A stretch of DNA of 62,884 bases, the filler included, from Basidiobolus ranarum (taxonomy: Eukaryota), in the NCBI GenBank assembly GCA_040143965.1. It is 30 parts of 30 records of this genome, joined end to end, with 100 filler letters (N's around TTAATTAATTAA, not from the genome) between each part and the next. Parts side by side here need not be neighbours in the genome. Positions count along the whole stretch, not along the records: positions 50,421 to 52,415 come from JASJQH010003957.1; positions 52,516 to 54,509 come from JASJQH010003958.1; positions 54,610 to 56,603 come from JASJQH010003959.1; positions 56,704 to 58,697 come from JASJQH010003960.1; positions 58,798 to 60,791 come from JASJQH010003961.1; positions 60,892 to 62,884 come from JASJQH010003962.1; 24 more parts are not named here. One strand, given 5' to 3'. Below, in pieces: positions 50,421 to 62,884 of the stretch (its first letter is position 1; each line of letters opens with the position of its first letter). The position numbers and the translations under genes are program-made. Under the pieces are notes generated by a model that was given only the letters and a program-made list of their open reading frames with translations, did no database searches and had not been told where the DNA came from.

Positions 50421-52072
50421 GTTAATATCTTCTTTCAAGGTGCTTCTGCACTTGGTTTCGGCTCTTTGGTCAGTAGCTGGTGCTCCACAAAAGTTGGCAA
50501 GTAGTCCTGGGTTGCTTCCATAAATGGTGTACCAAACAGATTCATCAGGGTAATTCATGACCATTGCTCTTGCTTTTGTCTCCCACAGTCCTCCAAGTAG
50601 TAGGTTGAAGTTTGCTTTTTGACAGATAAAGACAGCTATGGTGTGCTCACTCCTTGTATGTTGATGGGAAATGTATGAAAGACTCCTAAAAGTGAAGTGA
50701 CTCCAGTGTTGGCATTGTACATATTCCAGTGTATGTTAGCATTCATTGGGAGCAAGTGTTTATATGGTAATGACTTATAGAAGTCCATTGGCATTAAATA
50801 AATCTCTGATCTACTAGTAATATGGCATTATTTGAAGTCTGCATGAGTAGTCCCACTAACTATAGCTGTGGCCACTGAGTAGTATGCAAGTATAGGTGTT
50901 TCCTTGTTCATCTTGAGAAGTGGTTCATCATGAGTTGTCAGTATAATTCTTGCAGAAGGTTGATCTACAGGTTGTCTCCTAGTATCTGTGTTGTCATCTT
51001 AATTCTTTCTGACTGTAGGTGAAACACCAACAAGTTCCTCAATTGTGATGGAGAGGTGAGAGTCTAAGAACCTCTTGATATGTATCACAGGATCTGCCTT
51101 CTTGCTACTCATGGATTACAACAGATAGTTAGTCTGTCAAGGTCCTTTTTCAGTTGTTCTTGGTGTTGGTTTTGGAATGTTCTCAATAACATTCTGTGGC
51201 TCAGAAAATCTTGCTTTCTGTGTACCAGTGGGTCTTAGTTCCTCAGGTAGAGAAGCTCTCTTGGTTGTGTAATCTTCAGCTAAGCAAGAAAAGTCATCTT
51301 CATTGTCAGATTCTAATGTATGATTTTGGTGCTGTTCAATAGCAGAGTGCTATGTGTTTTGATCAGGGTTTTCAAAAGTTATTCTTCTGGTGTTGTTAAC
51401 TGGTGGGTGGTAAGTTGATTTCATACCACCTCTTCCAAAGTTTGGCCTGGCATTTCTGCCACTATGATCAAGTATAAACCCCCTTGAGTCCAATTGGTGC
51501 TCTCCCTTGTCAAATAGTTCATTCAATTCAGAACAGTCCTTGTTGGAATGCTCATTTGAGTCACACCATACATAATTAGATGGTTAGGAAGATTGATAGG
51601 TTCCTCCTTGGTAAGACTTGCCCTCAATCTTCAAGGTGAGATGTGTCAATTTCTTGCTAATATTGGATAGTTCTTCCTTAACATCAACTGCTCTGCTTTT
51701 TATCAAAGGTTCTTCTGGTGTGGGTTGCTGTTGCTCACTGCTCTTCTCGAGCATCCCCATAAGTGCTTAGTTCTATTGGCTTGCTAGGAGGACTTTCTTC
51801 ACACAAGCAAAAGATGGAATGTTAGAAGTTGATTGGCAGGTAGCTTCTTGATCTACTTTTATGAGTAGGTGTTGAGATAAGTCATTCAATAGGTAAATAG
51901 TGAAGGAAACTTCAGTGATAACACCTTGTCAGATCAAAGGTGCTCTAATATTTTCAAGTTCAAGGATAAATTGCTTGGTGGGCATCTTTGAGATGCTGGT
52001 TTTAGCAAATTCCTCCAAATCATAAATTAAGCAGGTACAACAGGGTTCTCCATAGTTTTCTAGCAAGTGTTT
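50421..52072 (-). mobile_element. Degenerate gypsy-like gag-protease
   Basis: CMWCDSNEHSNKDC zinc knuckle (~51535-51575) and a decayed aspartic-protease region (~50800); many stops. Confidence 0.6.
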
Positions 52073-52415
52073 CCCTAACAAAAATAAAATCGATTTGATC
52101 CGGATTGGATCCACCCTCCAAAATAGCAAAACCATCAGAGAACCATCACAATATTGTTGGCTTGCATTCTGCCAGGGATTTTGATGGTGTGACGGCGGTT
52201 TCTTGATGGTATCTTGGCAGTATTCATACATGTTAAAATATTGATCCTCAAATTTGGCATGCGTTATTCAATATCCAGCAATTTTTGCAAAAATATAATT
52301 TTCAAATGGCAAATTACTGGGTTTACTGCTGTAGGAATTTGAATTAATATGCATGCCTTTATTGAGATATTTTAGGCTTTGTATTCCAGCCATAATGAGA
52401 ATCAAAAAATACAAG
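52073..52415 (-). mobile_element. CACTA right terminus, well preserved
   Basis: CCCTAACAAAAATAAAATCGATTTGATCCGG; several CpGs retained. Confidence 0.88.
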
Positions 52416-53033
52416 NNNNNNNNNNNNNNNNNNNNNNNNNNNNNNNNNNNNNNNNNNNNTTAATTAATTAANNNNNNNNNNNNNNNNNNNNNNNNNNNNN
52501 NNNNNNNNNNNNNNNGTAAATTCCGATTGAGAATAATTGATAATATCTTAGTGAATTATAAGATAACTAAGTACTAAGCTATATATGACTATATAGGTGT
52601 TTAGGCAATGCTAATTTCAACATTTAAAACTTGTGCTAGGAGCCCCAAACTCTGCACACATGTTACTGGGACCTTTCTTAACACACTCTCTGTGTTAGTT
52701 TGTGTTGGAGAATCTTGACATAATGGGGGTAGACTTTGTGTATTAAAGGTAACTCAAGATAGTAAAATTAGTTACTTTATTTTTAAGAGAATATGGTGAT
52801 TTATATAGTTGAGAAGTAAATCAACTTTTGAGATGTTCAGGAGTTTGTGTAATAAGATATAGTACAGAAGTAAATCAATTGCTTGAGATGTTCAGGAGTT
52901 TGTGTAATAAGATATAGCAGATAAGTGGGGTAATAAAATATACTTGTTATATAGATATAGAGATATTCCTATTTCAAATATAGGAGCTATAGATATTTGG
53001 CTTTCTGTTTCTGATATATATATAATAACTAAA

Positions 53034-54509
53034 GTTTTAAAGTATTTGGGAGCCTGCTGGAAGTGGTTTGGAGAATTAGAGGAATTGGTGGTTTTCACTT
53101 ATTGATTTATTGAGTAGAAAGTCGACATTTATAGTTTTGTCAAGATGTAGACAAACTAACAGGTAGAATGTGTTAAAGAAGGTCCCAGGAACATGTGTGC
53201 AAAGTTTGGGGCTTCTAGCACAAGTTTGAAAAATCTATATATCTGATAACTTCTAAGTTGGTAAAAATATTCCAAGTAAATTCCAATTGAGAATAATGGA
53301 TAATATCTCAGTGAGCTATAAGATAACTCAGTACTAAGCTATATATGACTAAAAAGGTGTTTAGGCAATGCTAATTTCAACACTCTCCCACAACTAAATA
53401 GTCATATGAACTAATCCTAATAAAGGTCTAAATTTCTCAAATTTCTGTCTAGCTAATGGTTTGGTTAATATATCAACAATCATATCTTCTGTAGAACAAT
53501 AAGTTAAGCCAATAAGCTTACTCTCTACAGTCTCTCTAATGAAGTGATACTTAATACCTATATGGTTGCTTCTATTATGAATCCTGGAATTTTCAGCTAA
53601 TTTGATACAACTTTGAATATCTTGAAATATTGTAGTTGGTGAATTTCAAGAATAACCCAAATCTGTTAAGAGTTTTCATAACCATATTGCTTCTTTTGTT
53701 GCTTCACAGGTAGCCATGTATTCAGCTTCTGTTGTTGAAAGTGCTATGGTAGGTTGTTTCTTTGAATTCCAAGAAATAGCTCCATTATAGCAAAGAAATA
53801 AGTATCCTGTTGTTGATCTCCTGTCTTCTACATCTCTTCCCTGATTTGCATCTAAATATCCCATCAGATCAAAGTTTGATCCAGAATATGTGTATTTTAA
53901 GCACAGATCCACAATACCTTTCAAACACCCAAAAATCCACCAAACTGCTATGATGTGATTGGATCCATAATTTTGAAGATATTGACTCATAACTCCCACA
54001 GAATATGCAATATATGGCCATGTTTGAACCATGATATACATCAAACTACCAACCATAGATTGATAAGGAAATTTCTGGCTTTCATTTGAATCCAAAAACA
54101 TCTGACTTGAGCCACTTTTGGTCAAGTTAAGATTTGTCACCATTGGGATTGATACTAGATTACATTCTTCTATATTTAGTATATCTAGGATATACTTGGA
54201 CTGGTTTAAAGTTATTGTTTTGGTAGCTCTATCTTTCTTAATTTGGATTCCAAGTTCATACATCAGTTCACGAAGATCAGTCATTTTGAATTTGCCAGAT
54301 AGACTGGATTTGGTTTTCTCAAAAGCCTTCAAGTTGTTGGTTGCTATAATAAGATCATCTACATATAAGGCTAATAAAACTGGGTTTGTCTTATCTGGCC
54401 TGAAGTAGATACTATAGTCAGCATTACTGTTTGGGAATTTGAGTGTTTCCAACAAAGCATCTATCTTGATATTCCAAGCTCTTGGAGATTGTTTTAAGCG
54501 ATGAGTGTT
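53034..54509 (-). mobile_element. Copia A RT-RNase H, PPT (53383-53390) and 3' LTR-A
   Basis: LYVDD, YQSMVGSLMY, RRSTTGY, SWNSKKQ..ALSTTEAEY; GTGGGAGAG immediately precedes TGTTGAAATTAGC. Confidence 0.95.
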
Positions 54510-54799
54510 NNNNNNNNNNNNNNNNNNNNNNNNNNNNNNNNNNNNNNNNNNNNTTAATTAATTAANNNNNNNNNNNNNNNNNNNNNNNNNNNNNNNNNNN
54601 NNNNNNNNNTTAGTAGAGGCTTAGTATAGTGCTGAGTTGAGAAGCTGATGTACTTCAAACTATTCTAACAGCAATGTTGGGGTTTTTTTATAGTGGATTG
54701 TTGTAGATTTGAGATGCAGCCTATTTAGTCATATCGGCTTCTGAGAAATGTCTATCACAAATCAAAATTTACTGTGCCATCAATAGGAAGTCAATAGAA

Positions 54800-56560
54800 C
54801 TTCGCACTATACTAGTAAACACTTGTGCAGAACGCCGGTCCCAGTCCTGATAGTGCTTGGTATCAGAGGATCCGGACCAACTGCAACAACCAAAACAAAT
54901 CACTCATCATCCTAGTCAAGCAACAGCCCATGGAGTTAGACGAATAACAACTGCGTAGGCTGAAACAACCTCATTAAGTGCTAGTTCTAAGCAGAGATAT
55001 TCATGAACAGAAAATCGAAGAATGGGATGATCAAGGTGACGCAAATACAACAATAGCATGAAGAAACGAGCAACTATATTGCTATATATGGGCACACATT
55101 ACCACCATTTGGATTCAGATACAGATAAAAATAACTTGCAACTTCTGTGCCAAGTGGATTGCAGTCCATGGGTGGGCAGTTCTAAGAAACGTTCCCTCCG
55201 CTGCGAACAGTTGAGTAAGTCTGGTCTCCATACGAGATATGTCAGATGTGAGAAGTTTATTGTGACACTCGCTCTATTTTGTATGTTGTAATCTAGTGAG
55301 GTTGGGAATTTAGTGATCGTGTGCATTTGGTTGCCAAATGATTCCAACGCCGGCAATCCCCGCTGGAAAGTGTAACGTACATCTCATCCATCACGAATAT
55401 ATTTGGCCAGAGATTCTAACAAACCCAGTAGTCTCACGATCATCACAAGCCGTAAATTCCCACCACTATATTTACCATCTAGTTTCAAAGAGCTCCAATG
55501 AATAGCCGCATTCATGATCTGCTCTTCACTACACTGTCATATGGCTGTTTTATCTGAGACTCTATTTTTGGTCAGGCGAATGGGAGCTGGCTACCTGCGT
55601 GATTTATCTCAGAAAAGAGCAGCGGGCAAATGAATGTGCTTAACGCCCATTTATCCAAGGTGTTATGCTAACAAAGGTTACATCTGTTAGGGGATTAGAG
55701 AGCCAGAGAGAGTATTGGCTACTAGAGTTCTTTTGTTTAGAGGGGCTGCGATAAGTTGATAATAGAGAGGCGAAAACGGTCTCTTCCCAATGGATTACCA
55801 ATGAATACATTGAGATGATGGACGAATGAACGAGCGTGCTTGGCAACTCGCACAGTGTACTCAATTTGTTGGCACCAAACCCAAACTTGGGATTTACCCA
55901 AGCTGATGAAAAATATAATGAGCCATTGTTCACAAGTAGGCTTGACCATGAGACCGGGATGGTGATTAGATAATGGCAGAAAATCCGAAAAACGAAGTGG
56001 ATCCAAATTCGTCATTGTGTATGAGAAACTCCTAAACTTCTAAACTGCAGCTATCCCACACACTGCTTCCTATTCCAGAAACCTAATCCTATTACTTCCT
56101 ATTCTAGAGACCTTTGGCGAAGATCAATATGAGACAAGGCGCATAAGAGTTATGTAAGCCCCATAGAGTAACTCCCCTACAGTCTATATTCTATGGAGAA
56201 TTTTTACTTATGCCACTGGAATAGAGGGAAGTAGAGGCGCTAAGCTGGGTTTTGGGCTCCAATTGACTATGAATCTATCAAAGCATCGTGCCCACATGAC
56301 AATATCACTTTTGATGTAAACTTGGTCGTACTTTTGATTGCGTTCAACAACTCAAGCTTGAAATAGATTGTCAACAGCCTATGAGCCAACAGCGGCATTG
56401 CACCAGTTTCCAACGAGTCAGGAAATTGTACTTATATATATATTTGGGTCATGTACACTCTCTTTAGAAATGGGTTTTCCGGTTCCACTCGTACTGGAGG
56501 GTACAACACGAATTCCAAATACATGAGATAGGCAACTTGTGGGAAATTTGAGTACAGCAC
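54800..56560 (-). pseudogene. Heavily frameshifted gene remnant, tentatively GH3 / adenylate-forming family
   Basis: Scattered fragments in different frames: STSGTGKP (~56490), EEQIMNAA..EFTACDDR (~55520-55435), EVV..YAVV..HGL (~54970-54925). Motif order is not fully colinear. Confidence 0.3.
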
Positions 56561-56827
56561 CACCTATGGTAATACAAGGATTAATATAACTCGATTTTGA
56601 ATTNNNNNNNNNNNNNNNNNNNNNNNNNNNNNNNNNNNNNNNNNNNNTTAATTAATTAANNNNNNNNNNNNNNNNNNNNNNNNNNNNNNNNNNNNNNNNN
56701 NNNAAGTAAAATAAACTGTTTCCAAAATGGTAAATACCATTGTGCCGGATAGTGCCCAATCATGCCAATTTGTGCTGGCACACTTTTTAGCTGGCCTGAT
56801 CTGGCTCAATAAAATGGAACAAGTCTA

Positions 56828-58024
56828 GTTTGTTTAGATGGGTTTTAAGCTGGAAAACCAATCTTTCTTGTTTTACATATGCTGGGAAGCTTCTGAATCA
56901 ATGTACCACATTTCCGAGTCTTAAAAATCCTTTTTCTGCAATCTCTGATTAAATGGCCTGGTTTCTTGCAATACTTGCAGATGATTGATTTCCTATTAGG
57001 GGCACCATTATTGAATCCTGTTGGATGTTTTACAGCTCCAAAAAATGCCTCTTCTGCATTATTTTGCTGAGGATTAGATATTTTGAATTTGCCATTCAAT
57101 AGCCTAGCACCAAAGTACTCCATTGTTCATGGCTCTGATCTTGATTCTAGGGCAATTATGAGGTTCCCACACTCATCTGGCAGGCCCCCAAGTAAAGTCA
57201 ACTTCATTTAGAGGTGCTCCAGTGGATGAGAGCTGATCTGCCATAGTTTTTATCTGGTTTACAAGATTAAGCATAGAATCATAAGAACTTATCTGAATCA
57301 AAAATAATTTTCATCTAAGATATGGCCTATTAGCCAGACTTTAGTCCTATAAAGTCCCTCAAGTATTTCCCAAGCATTTTAGACAGTTTTGGCTGATTGT
57401 ATGGGCCTCAATTGAGAGTCTTGGAGATGTAGACAAAGTGTACAGAGAAATTTCCCCTGCTTTTTGTGAAAGGCAAGCATAGCTTCTGGTGGTCCCTTTG
57501 GCTCTATTTCTTCTCCTGTAACAAATCCCCAAGGGTCCTTCTCTTCTAGCACCATTTGCATCATGAACTTCCAAAGTTGAAAGTCTTCAACATCAAACTT
57601 CTCCATTGATACACAAACATTAGTAATAGGACTGGTAGACATTCCTTTAACAGCTAGCTTGGGGCTCATAACCTGATAACAATGTTTAGGGGATTTGGAA
57701 GTGTTTGGACAAGATTTGGATTTGTGTATTAGACACTCAAGTTTTATTGAATTGAATATGTGCTGCTTACAGCTTAATATGATAAAGGACCATTGGACAT
57801 TCTTAAGTCGTAACAAACATGTCTGTAAAGCATGGGTGAAAATTTGAGGTGATTTGAAGAAATTGTGAGAACTTGATGAAAATTTGTAAAAGTGATCTAA
57901 TTGCTATTTCTATCAATTAGAGCAATAAACACATATTTTTGAATAGCAGAATTGAGTGCTAAATAATCATAGTATGAATAAACTAACTACTAAATAATGA
58001 GTTGCTATTTACCTAATTTGAACA
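56828..58024 (-). mobile_element. Copia B 5' LTR (57674-58024), PBS (57662-57673) and degenerate gag
   Basis: GGTTATGAGCCC, EKFDVEDFQLWKF, CKYCKKPGHLIRDC. Confidence 0.92.
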
Positions 58025-58797
58025 GATACTGATAATACTTGTAAGGGGATAATACTGATATACTGATAGTATTGATATACTGATAATACTTAATGATGCA
58101 TAACATGACTAATACTTAGGCTGCTATTGTTTAGCAAAACATATCACTAGCAACATTGGGAGTAGTTTGTGGAAATTGTTAATATATTCTTACAGCGGCA
58201 ACTCACATTGGCAGAACTCAGCCAGATACAGGAGCTATGCATTGATTAAGTAGTTGGATACAAAGAACTTTGTTACAGATTTAAAGAAGATACACTGAGC
58301 TTATGCTGGTATTCAATGTTATAGTCAGGTAAATGGCAACCAATTATTTAGACATCAGTTGATTCATATTCTAACAATATAGCATTCAATTCTGCTATTC
58401 AAAAACATGTGTTTATTGCTCAAATTGATAGAAATATCAATTAGATCACCTGTACCAATTTTCACTATTTTTTCAAAACTTCTCCCAATCATCTCATATT
58501 TTCAATCATGCTTTCCAGGCTTATTGGTAGTATTAGGTAAATAGCAACTCATTATTTGGTAGTTGGCTTGTTCATGCTATGATTATCTAGCACTCAACTC
58601 TGCATTCAAAAATATGTGTTTATTGCTCTAGTAGATAGAAATATCAATTAGAATACTTTGACCATTTTTCACTATTTTTTCAACTCACTTCAAGTATNNN
58701 NNNNNNNNNNNNNNNNNNNNNNNNNNNNNNNNNNNNNNNNNTTAATTAATTAANNNNNNNNNNNNNNNNNNNNNNNNNNNNNNNNNNNNNNNNNNNN

Positions 58798-60791
58798 AAC
58801 TCCCAGAATGCATAGCAAGGGCCTATAATCTCTAAGCATTGTGAAAAATGCAGCAGGGAATGTATTGAATACCAGCATAGATTCAGTCTATCTTCTTTAA
58901 ACCTGTAATAGAGTTTTTCATATCCAATTACAAAATCTTTGCACAGTTGCTGTATCTGTCTGAGATCTCCCAAGGTGAATTGATGCCTTAAGAATATACT
59001 AACAATATCCACAAACAACTCCCAATGTTGCCAATATTTATTGGGCAGAAATCTTTTCATAATTCTATTAGAATCTGAACAAATCCAACACTTTGAGTCT
59101 TGGCATTTGAATAAATGCCCAGATGAGTGCAAATTGATGGGAGTCCTGGTAAAATATGATGCTCTCTTGATGTTTTCAAGCATCCTCCCAATTGGTTCAA
59201 ACTTTGATCCTATCTCAAATGGCTCACTCATATTAAATTTTCCACTATATAGCTGAGTAAGTAGTATTGGAATGTTGTTGAATAGTAAGTGCATAGTGCC
59301 TAATGGGAAGCTCTGACTCCAGTTGATCCCCTTTAGCAATATAATCCTAGGCTTATGGCTAATACCAAGTTTGATGTTAGACTGACTACTTGGTGAATTG
59401 ATATCAGTGATCATGCTGAAATCTGACTGGGCTCTTGATTGTAAAATCATGAAGTTTAGTGTTATATGCAGATAGTAGTAATATGTATGCCTGTTAGAGT
59501 AAACTCCATTGATTTGACAAAATCTACAGCAAGATAGTGCATTGTGCCTGCAAAATCTCCAAGCTTACTGATGGCAGGAGTGTCACCAATACATACAACA
59601 ATCATAGCTTTAATAAAATACTCACCCATCTGGACCCCATTAGATAACCATTCAAATTCCACAATCAAAGGCTTGAAGAAGCTATCTATTAGCACTGGTG
59701 ATTTAGGTCCAGATATGATGGATAGTATCAAAATATTACAACACTTATACCATTCAGAAGGAGGAAGATTTAAGTTGATTAAAACTATTGGCCAGCAAGC
59801 CATTCCAATGGTATCTTTGTTAGTGAAAAACTATCCAGAGCCAATATAAATGCATGATCATATGTGTTCTCAAAGAGACATCAACTTTTCAGATTCTGGT
59901 AGTGATATCCATCAAGTATATTGGTAATACCAGCAGCTTTATGGTAAGTACTTTGGTATTGAATCAATGATCTATATTTGGGTGATTTCATCAAAATATT
60001 AAGATGGGGAATCAACGGTATGTAAGCCAAATATGAACAATATTTACCTGATTCAGTGATTGCCAATTGTGTGCAAACAGTACATAACTTCAGGTTTTTC
60101 AGATCACTGGTGAAAGCCAAACAACCATTTTGACATGAAGGCAGTTTAATTACTGAAGGATTATAAGTCAGACAATTGACAAGTGTTTTCCACTTGTACC
60201 AGGTCTGTGGCAAGCAACAGTTGCCAATCAACTGTGGTAAAAGTATAAGAAAACCAATATGCACCTGGTTGCTACAATTGGACTGAATTCTCCACTCCTC
60301 AATAATCAAAGCAGCTTCCTTTACAGCAAGTGCTGTGAGTGGACTATTGTTTGCCAATAACAAAGAGTCCATGACAAAACCATTGTCTTCTTCTTCAACT
60401 TCTAATATACTACCATTGGTACTGGAATAATCAAGGTCCCTAACAGAAATTTGAGGATTGTTATTGTAGGAAAACCATCACAACTTTTATTTATTTGGGA
60501 TTAACTGTTTACTTACTGTCATAAAATTGTCAAGTTATATTTGATTTTAATCAATTTTTTCAGTTACAGGAGTGAAATTTCAAGATCTTTCAAAATAGTT
60601 GTGCATGATTGGCTATAATCTCAGAAAACTATGGATCAACACATGTACAAAAAATGTGACTCAAATTTTACACAATTACTACTTGAACACTAATTTGTCA
60701 CCTTTGAAATCCCTAGTCTCTTTGATATATTCTCCTGAATATTTTTATAGAGTTCTTCATACCCAAGGTTTAGCTCATACCCAACACAAGT
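58798..60791 (-). mobile_element. CACTA transposase (-) with a CACTA left end inserted at 60438
   Basis: Same motifs as 35995-37741; CCCTAACAGAAAT at 60438. Confidence 0.9.
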
Positions 60792-60958
60792 NNNNNNNNN
60801 NNNNNNNNNNNNNNNNNNNNNNNNNNNNNNNNNNNTTAATTAATTAANNNNNNNNNNNNNNNNNNNNNNNNNNNNNNNNNNNNNNNNNNNNACGAGGTAC
60901 CGTTTGCATTCATAATGTTATTTCTAGGCGGCTTTCATTCAACTATTCTACAATTCAG

Positions 60959-62884
60959 CACAACAGGTCTACCTACTCCCACACCAAAAGATTGCCAGGG
61001 GTACCCAAGGTATATTATCAAGGATTATGACACCTGTGATGGAATTGCTGCAACTATGAAAGTTACCCGGAAACAATTGATAGAGGCAAATCCAGGTTTG
61101 GATTGCTGGTATGTTCCCTATAATCAGTATCTGTGCATACCCTCAGATAAGTCGTAAGTTCAAACCCTTCCATTTCACTCATGATAATCAAAACTTACAC
61201 AACCTGATTTTAGAACAAATCCTTCACCGCCCACTTCCACCTGTCCATTAGAATCGCGTCAGTATAGCCTTCAGTCCGGCGACACTTGCTTTGCCATTGC
61301 CATCTCTTACGGAATATCTGAAGATCAGTTAAAGTCAGCCAATAATGCTTTAAATTGCCAACAGATACAACCAGGTCTACAATTATGTATTCCACCACCC
61401 CAAATTACAACGCCTACCATCAAACCTCCCACTTGTCCGACAACTGCAAGTGCCTATGAGCTTCAGTCTGGTGACTCATGCATTACAGTATCCTTGAAGA
61501 ATAATATTTCTGTAGCTAGTCTACAAATTTCCAATCCTCAGTTGGATTGTTCAAAGTTAGTGCTAGGTCAAGTGATATGTATTCCCATCTCAAAACCTCC
61601 GGTGCCAACATCTAGTCCTCTACCCTCTTGTGGAATTGGTGCCATTTCGTATACCGTCAAATCCGGTGATACCTGTTCGACAATAGCAACTAGTAATGGT
61701 ATCAATATTGATAGACTGCAGTCAGTTAACCCTACAATGAAATGCGATCAGCTGGCAGTTGGTCAACTAATTTGTATCCCTCTACTTTGTCAAAATGGTG
61801 AAAAATCCTCTCCGGTAAAAGTAGGGGATACTTGCGAAAAAATTGCAACATCTTGGAAGGTAACCCTGGATCAACTGTTGAAGAGTAACAGTGGTTTGGA
61901 TTGTAAAACCTTGGTTGCTGGACAACTGATTTGTCAACCCGGAACTGGAACAACTACACCTACCCCGACCACTTCTCCAGTAGTGTGTGGTAAAGATGCG
62001 ATCCAATATTCTATTAAAGCGGGAGATACTTGTTATGCCATTGCTACCAAGTTCACAATATCTGTGGAGAAACTTCAAGTCGCTAACCCAAGTTTGAAAT
62101 GTGATCAGTTGATTATGGGGCAAGCTGTGTGTATACCTAGTGCGGTACCATCGTCCACAGTATCCCTAACGCCAACAGCAACACCTCCACCAACATGTCC
62201 CTCAGGAACTGCCTCTTACTCTGTTAAGTCAGGTGATACTTGCAGCACAATTGCCACTCGTAATACCATCACCGTAGAGAAACTGCAATCAGTTAATCCT
62301 AATATGAAATGTGAGGAACTGGCACTTAACCAGATCCTCTGCATCCCTCCACAATGCCAGAATAATGACAAACCGTATTATGTTGTCTCGGGTGATACAT
62401 GTACGAAATATATGCAATCATGGATGGTGAATCAAGCTCAGCTCAAAATGAGCAACCCAGGTCTTGATTGTGACCATCTATATGTTGGTCAATTAATATG
62501 CCGTCCTGGAGGTGGAACACCCACGACCACCACTACCACCGCTACTACTGTTACTTCGACTTCTACTCCTTCGGTGAGCTGTCAAAAAGGAACCAGTCAA
62601 TATTCAGTACAGTCGGGGGATACTTGCTATGCGATAGCCACGAAGTTCGCCATATTAGTGGAGAATCTTCAGGCCGCTAACCCAAGTTTGAAATGTGATC
62701 AGTTGATGGTAGGGCAAGTTGTGTGTATACCTAGTGCAGTACCATCTTCCACAGTATCCCCAACGCCAACAGTAACACCTCCACCAACATGTCCCTCAGG
62801 AACTGCCTCTTACTCTGTTAAGTCAGGTGATACTTGCAGCACAATTGCCACTCGTAATACCATCACCGTAGAGAAACTGCAATC
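60959..62884 (+). CDS. Multi-LysM protein (at least 10 Cys-containing LysM domains with Pro/Thr linkers), partial at both ends
   Basis: Exons 60959-61153 and 61214-end (introns 60897-60958 and 61154-61213). Repeats of C....Y.V.SGDTC..IA........L...NP.L.C..L..GQ.ICIP. The long exon is absent from the ORF track. Confidence 0.93.

Noticed and set aside
55870-56015. Cytochrome P450 (LDPLRF, PKFGFG)
   Set aside because: The words lie in different frames, the heme Cys is not at the expected spacing, and no ExxR was found.
56815-56830. Helitron 3' end (CTAG|T)
   Set aside because: The second copy at 37970 ends CTA|TG, and no clear subterminal hairpin is present.

Overview
This window is not contiguous DNA. 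It is 30 unrelated contigs of about 2 kb (2006 down to 1993 bp, sorted by length), joined by 29 artificial 100-bp linkers (N44-TTAATTAATTAA-N44), so nothing should be inferred across a linker. The source is an AT-rich eukaryote, very probably a fungus: it has short GT-AG introns with CTAAC branch points, TTAGGG repeats, and a fungal-type tRNAi-Met primer-binding site (PBS). Most of the sequence is nested, CpG-decayed transposon debris: at least four Ty1/copia families primed from half-tRNAiMet, Ty3/gypsy fragments, a two-gene CACTA/EnSpm-like DNA transposon with CCCTAACA termini, a LINE fragment and an 83-bp satellite. Host genes are tRNA-Thr(CGU), a 3' part of an M6P-receptor-like gene, PEX5 and a protein with at least 10 LysM domains. 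Three observations stand out. (1) Three homologous LINE-type 3' ends terminate in CCCTA/(CCCTAA)n rather than poly(A), and one abuts PEX5. (2) A repeated copia-like LTR terminus carries a tRNA-derived cassette with intact Pol III A and B boxes. (3) A CpG-intact, compact, virus-like ORF island sits inside transposon DNA. All assignments come from reading the sequence by eye; no database search was run.
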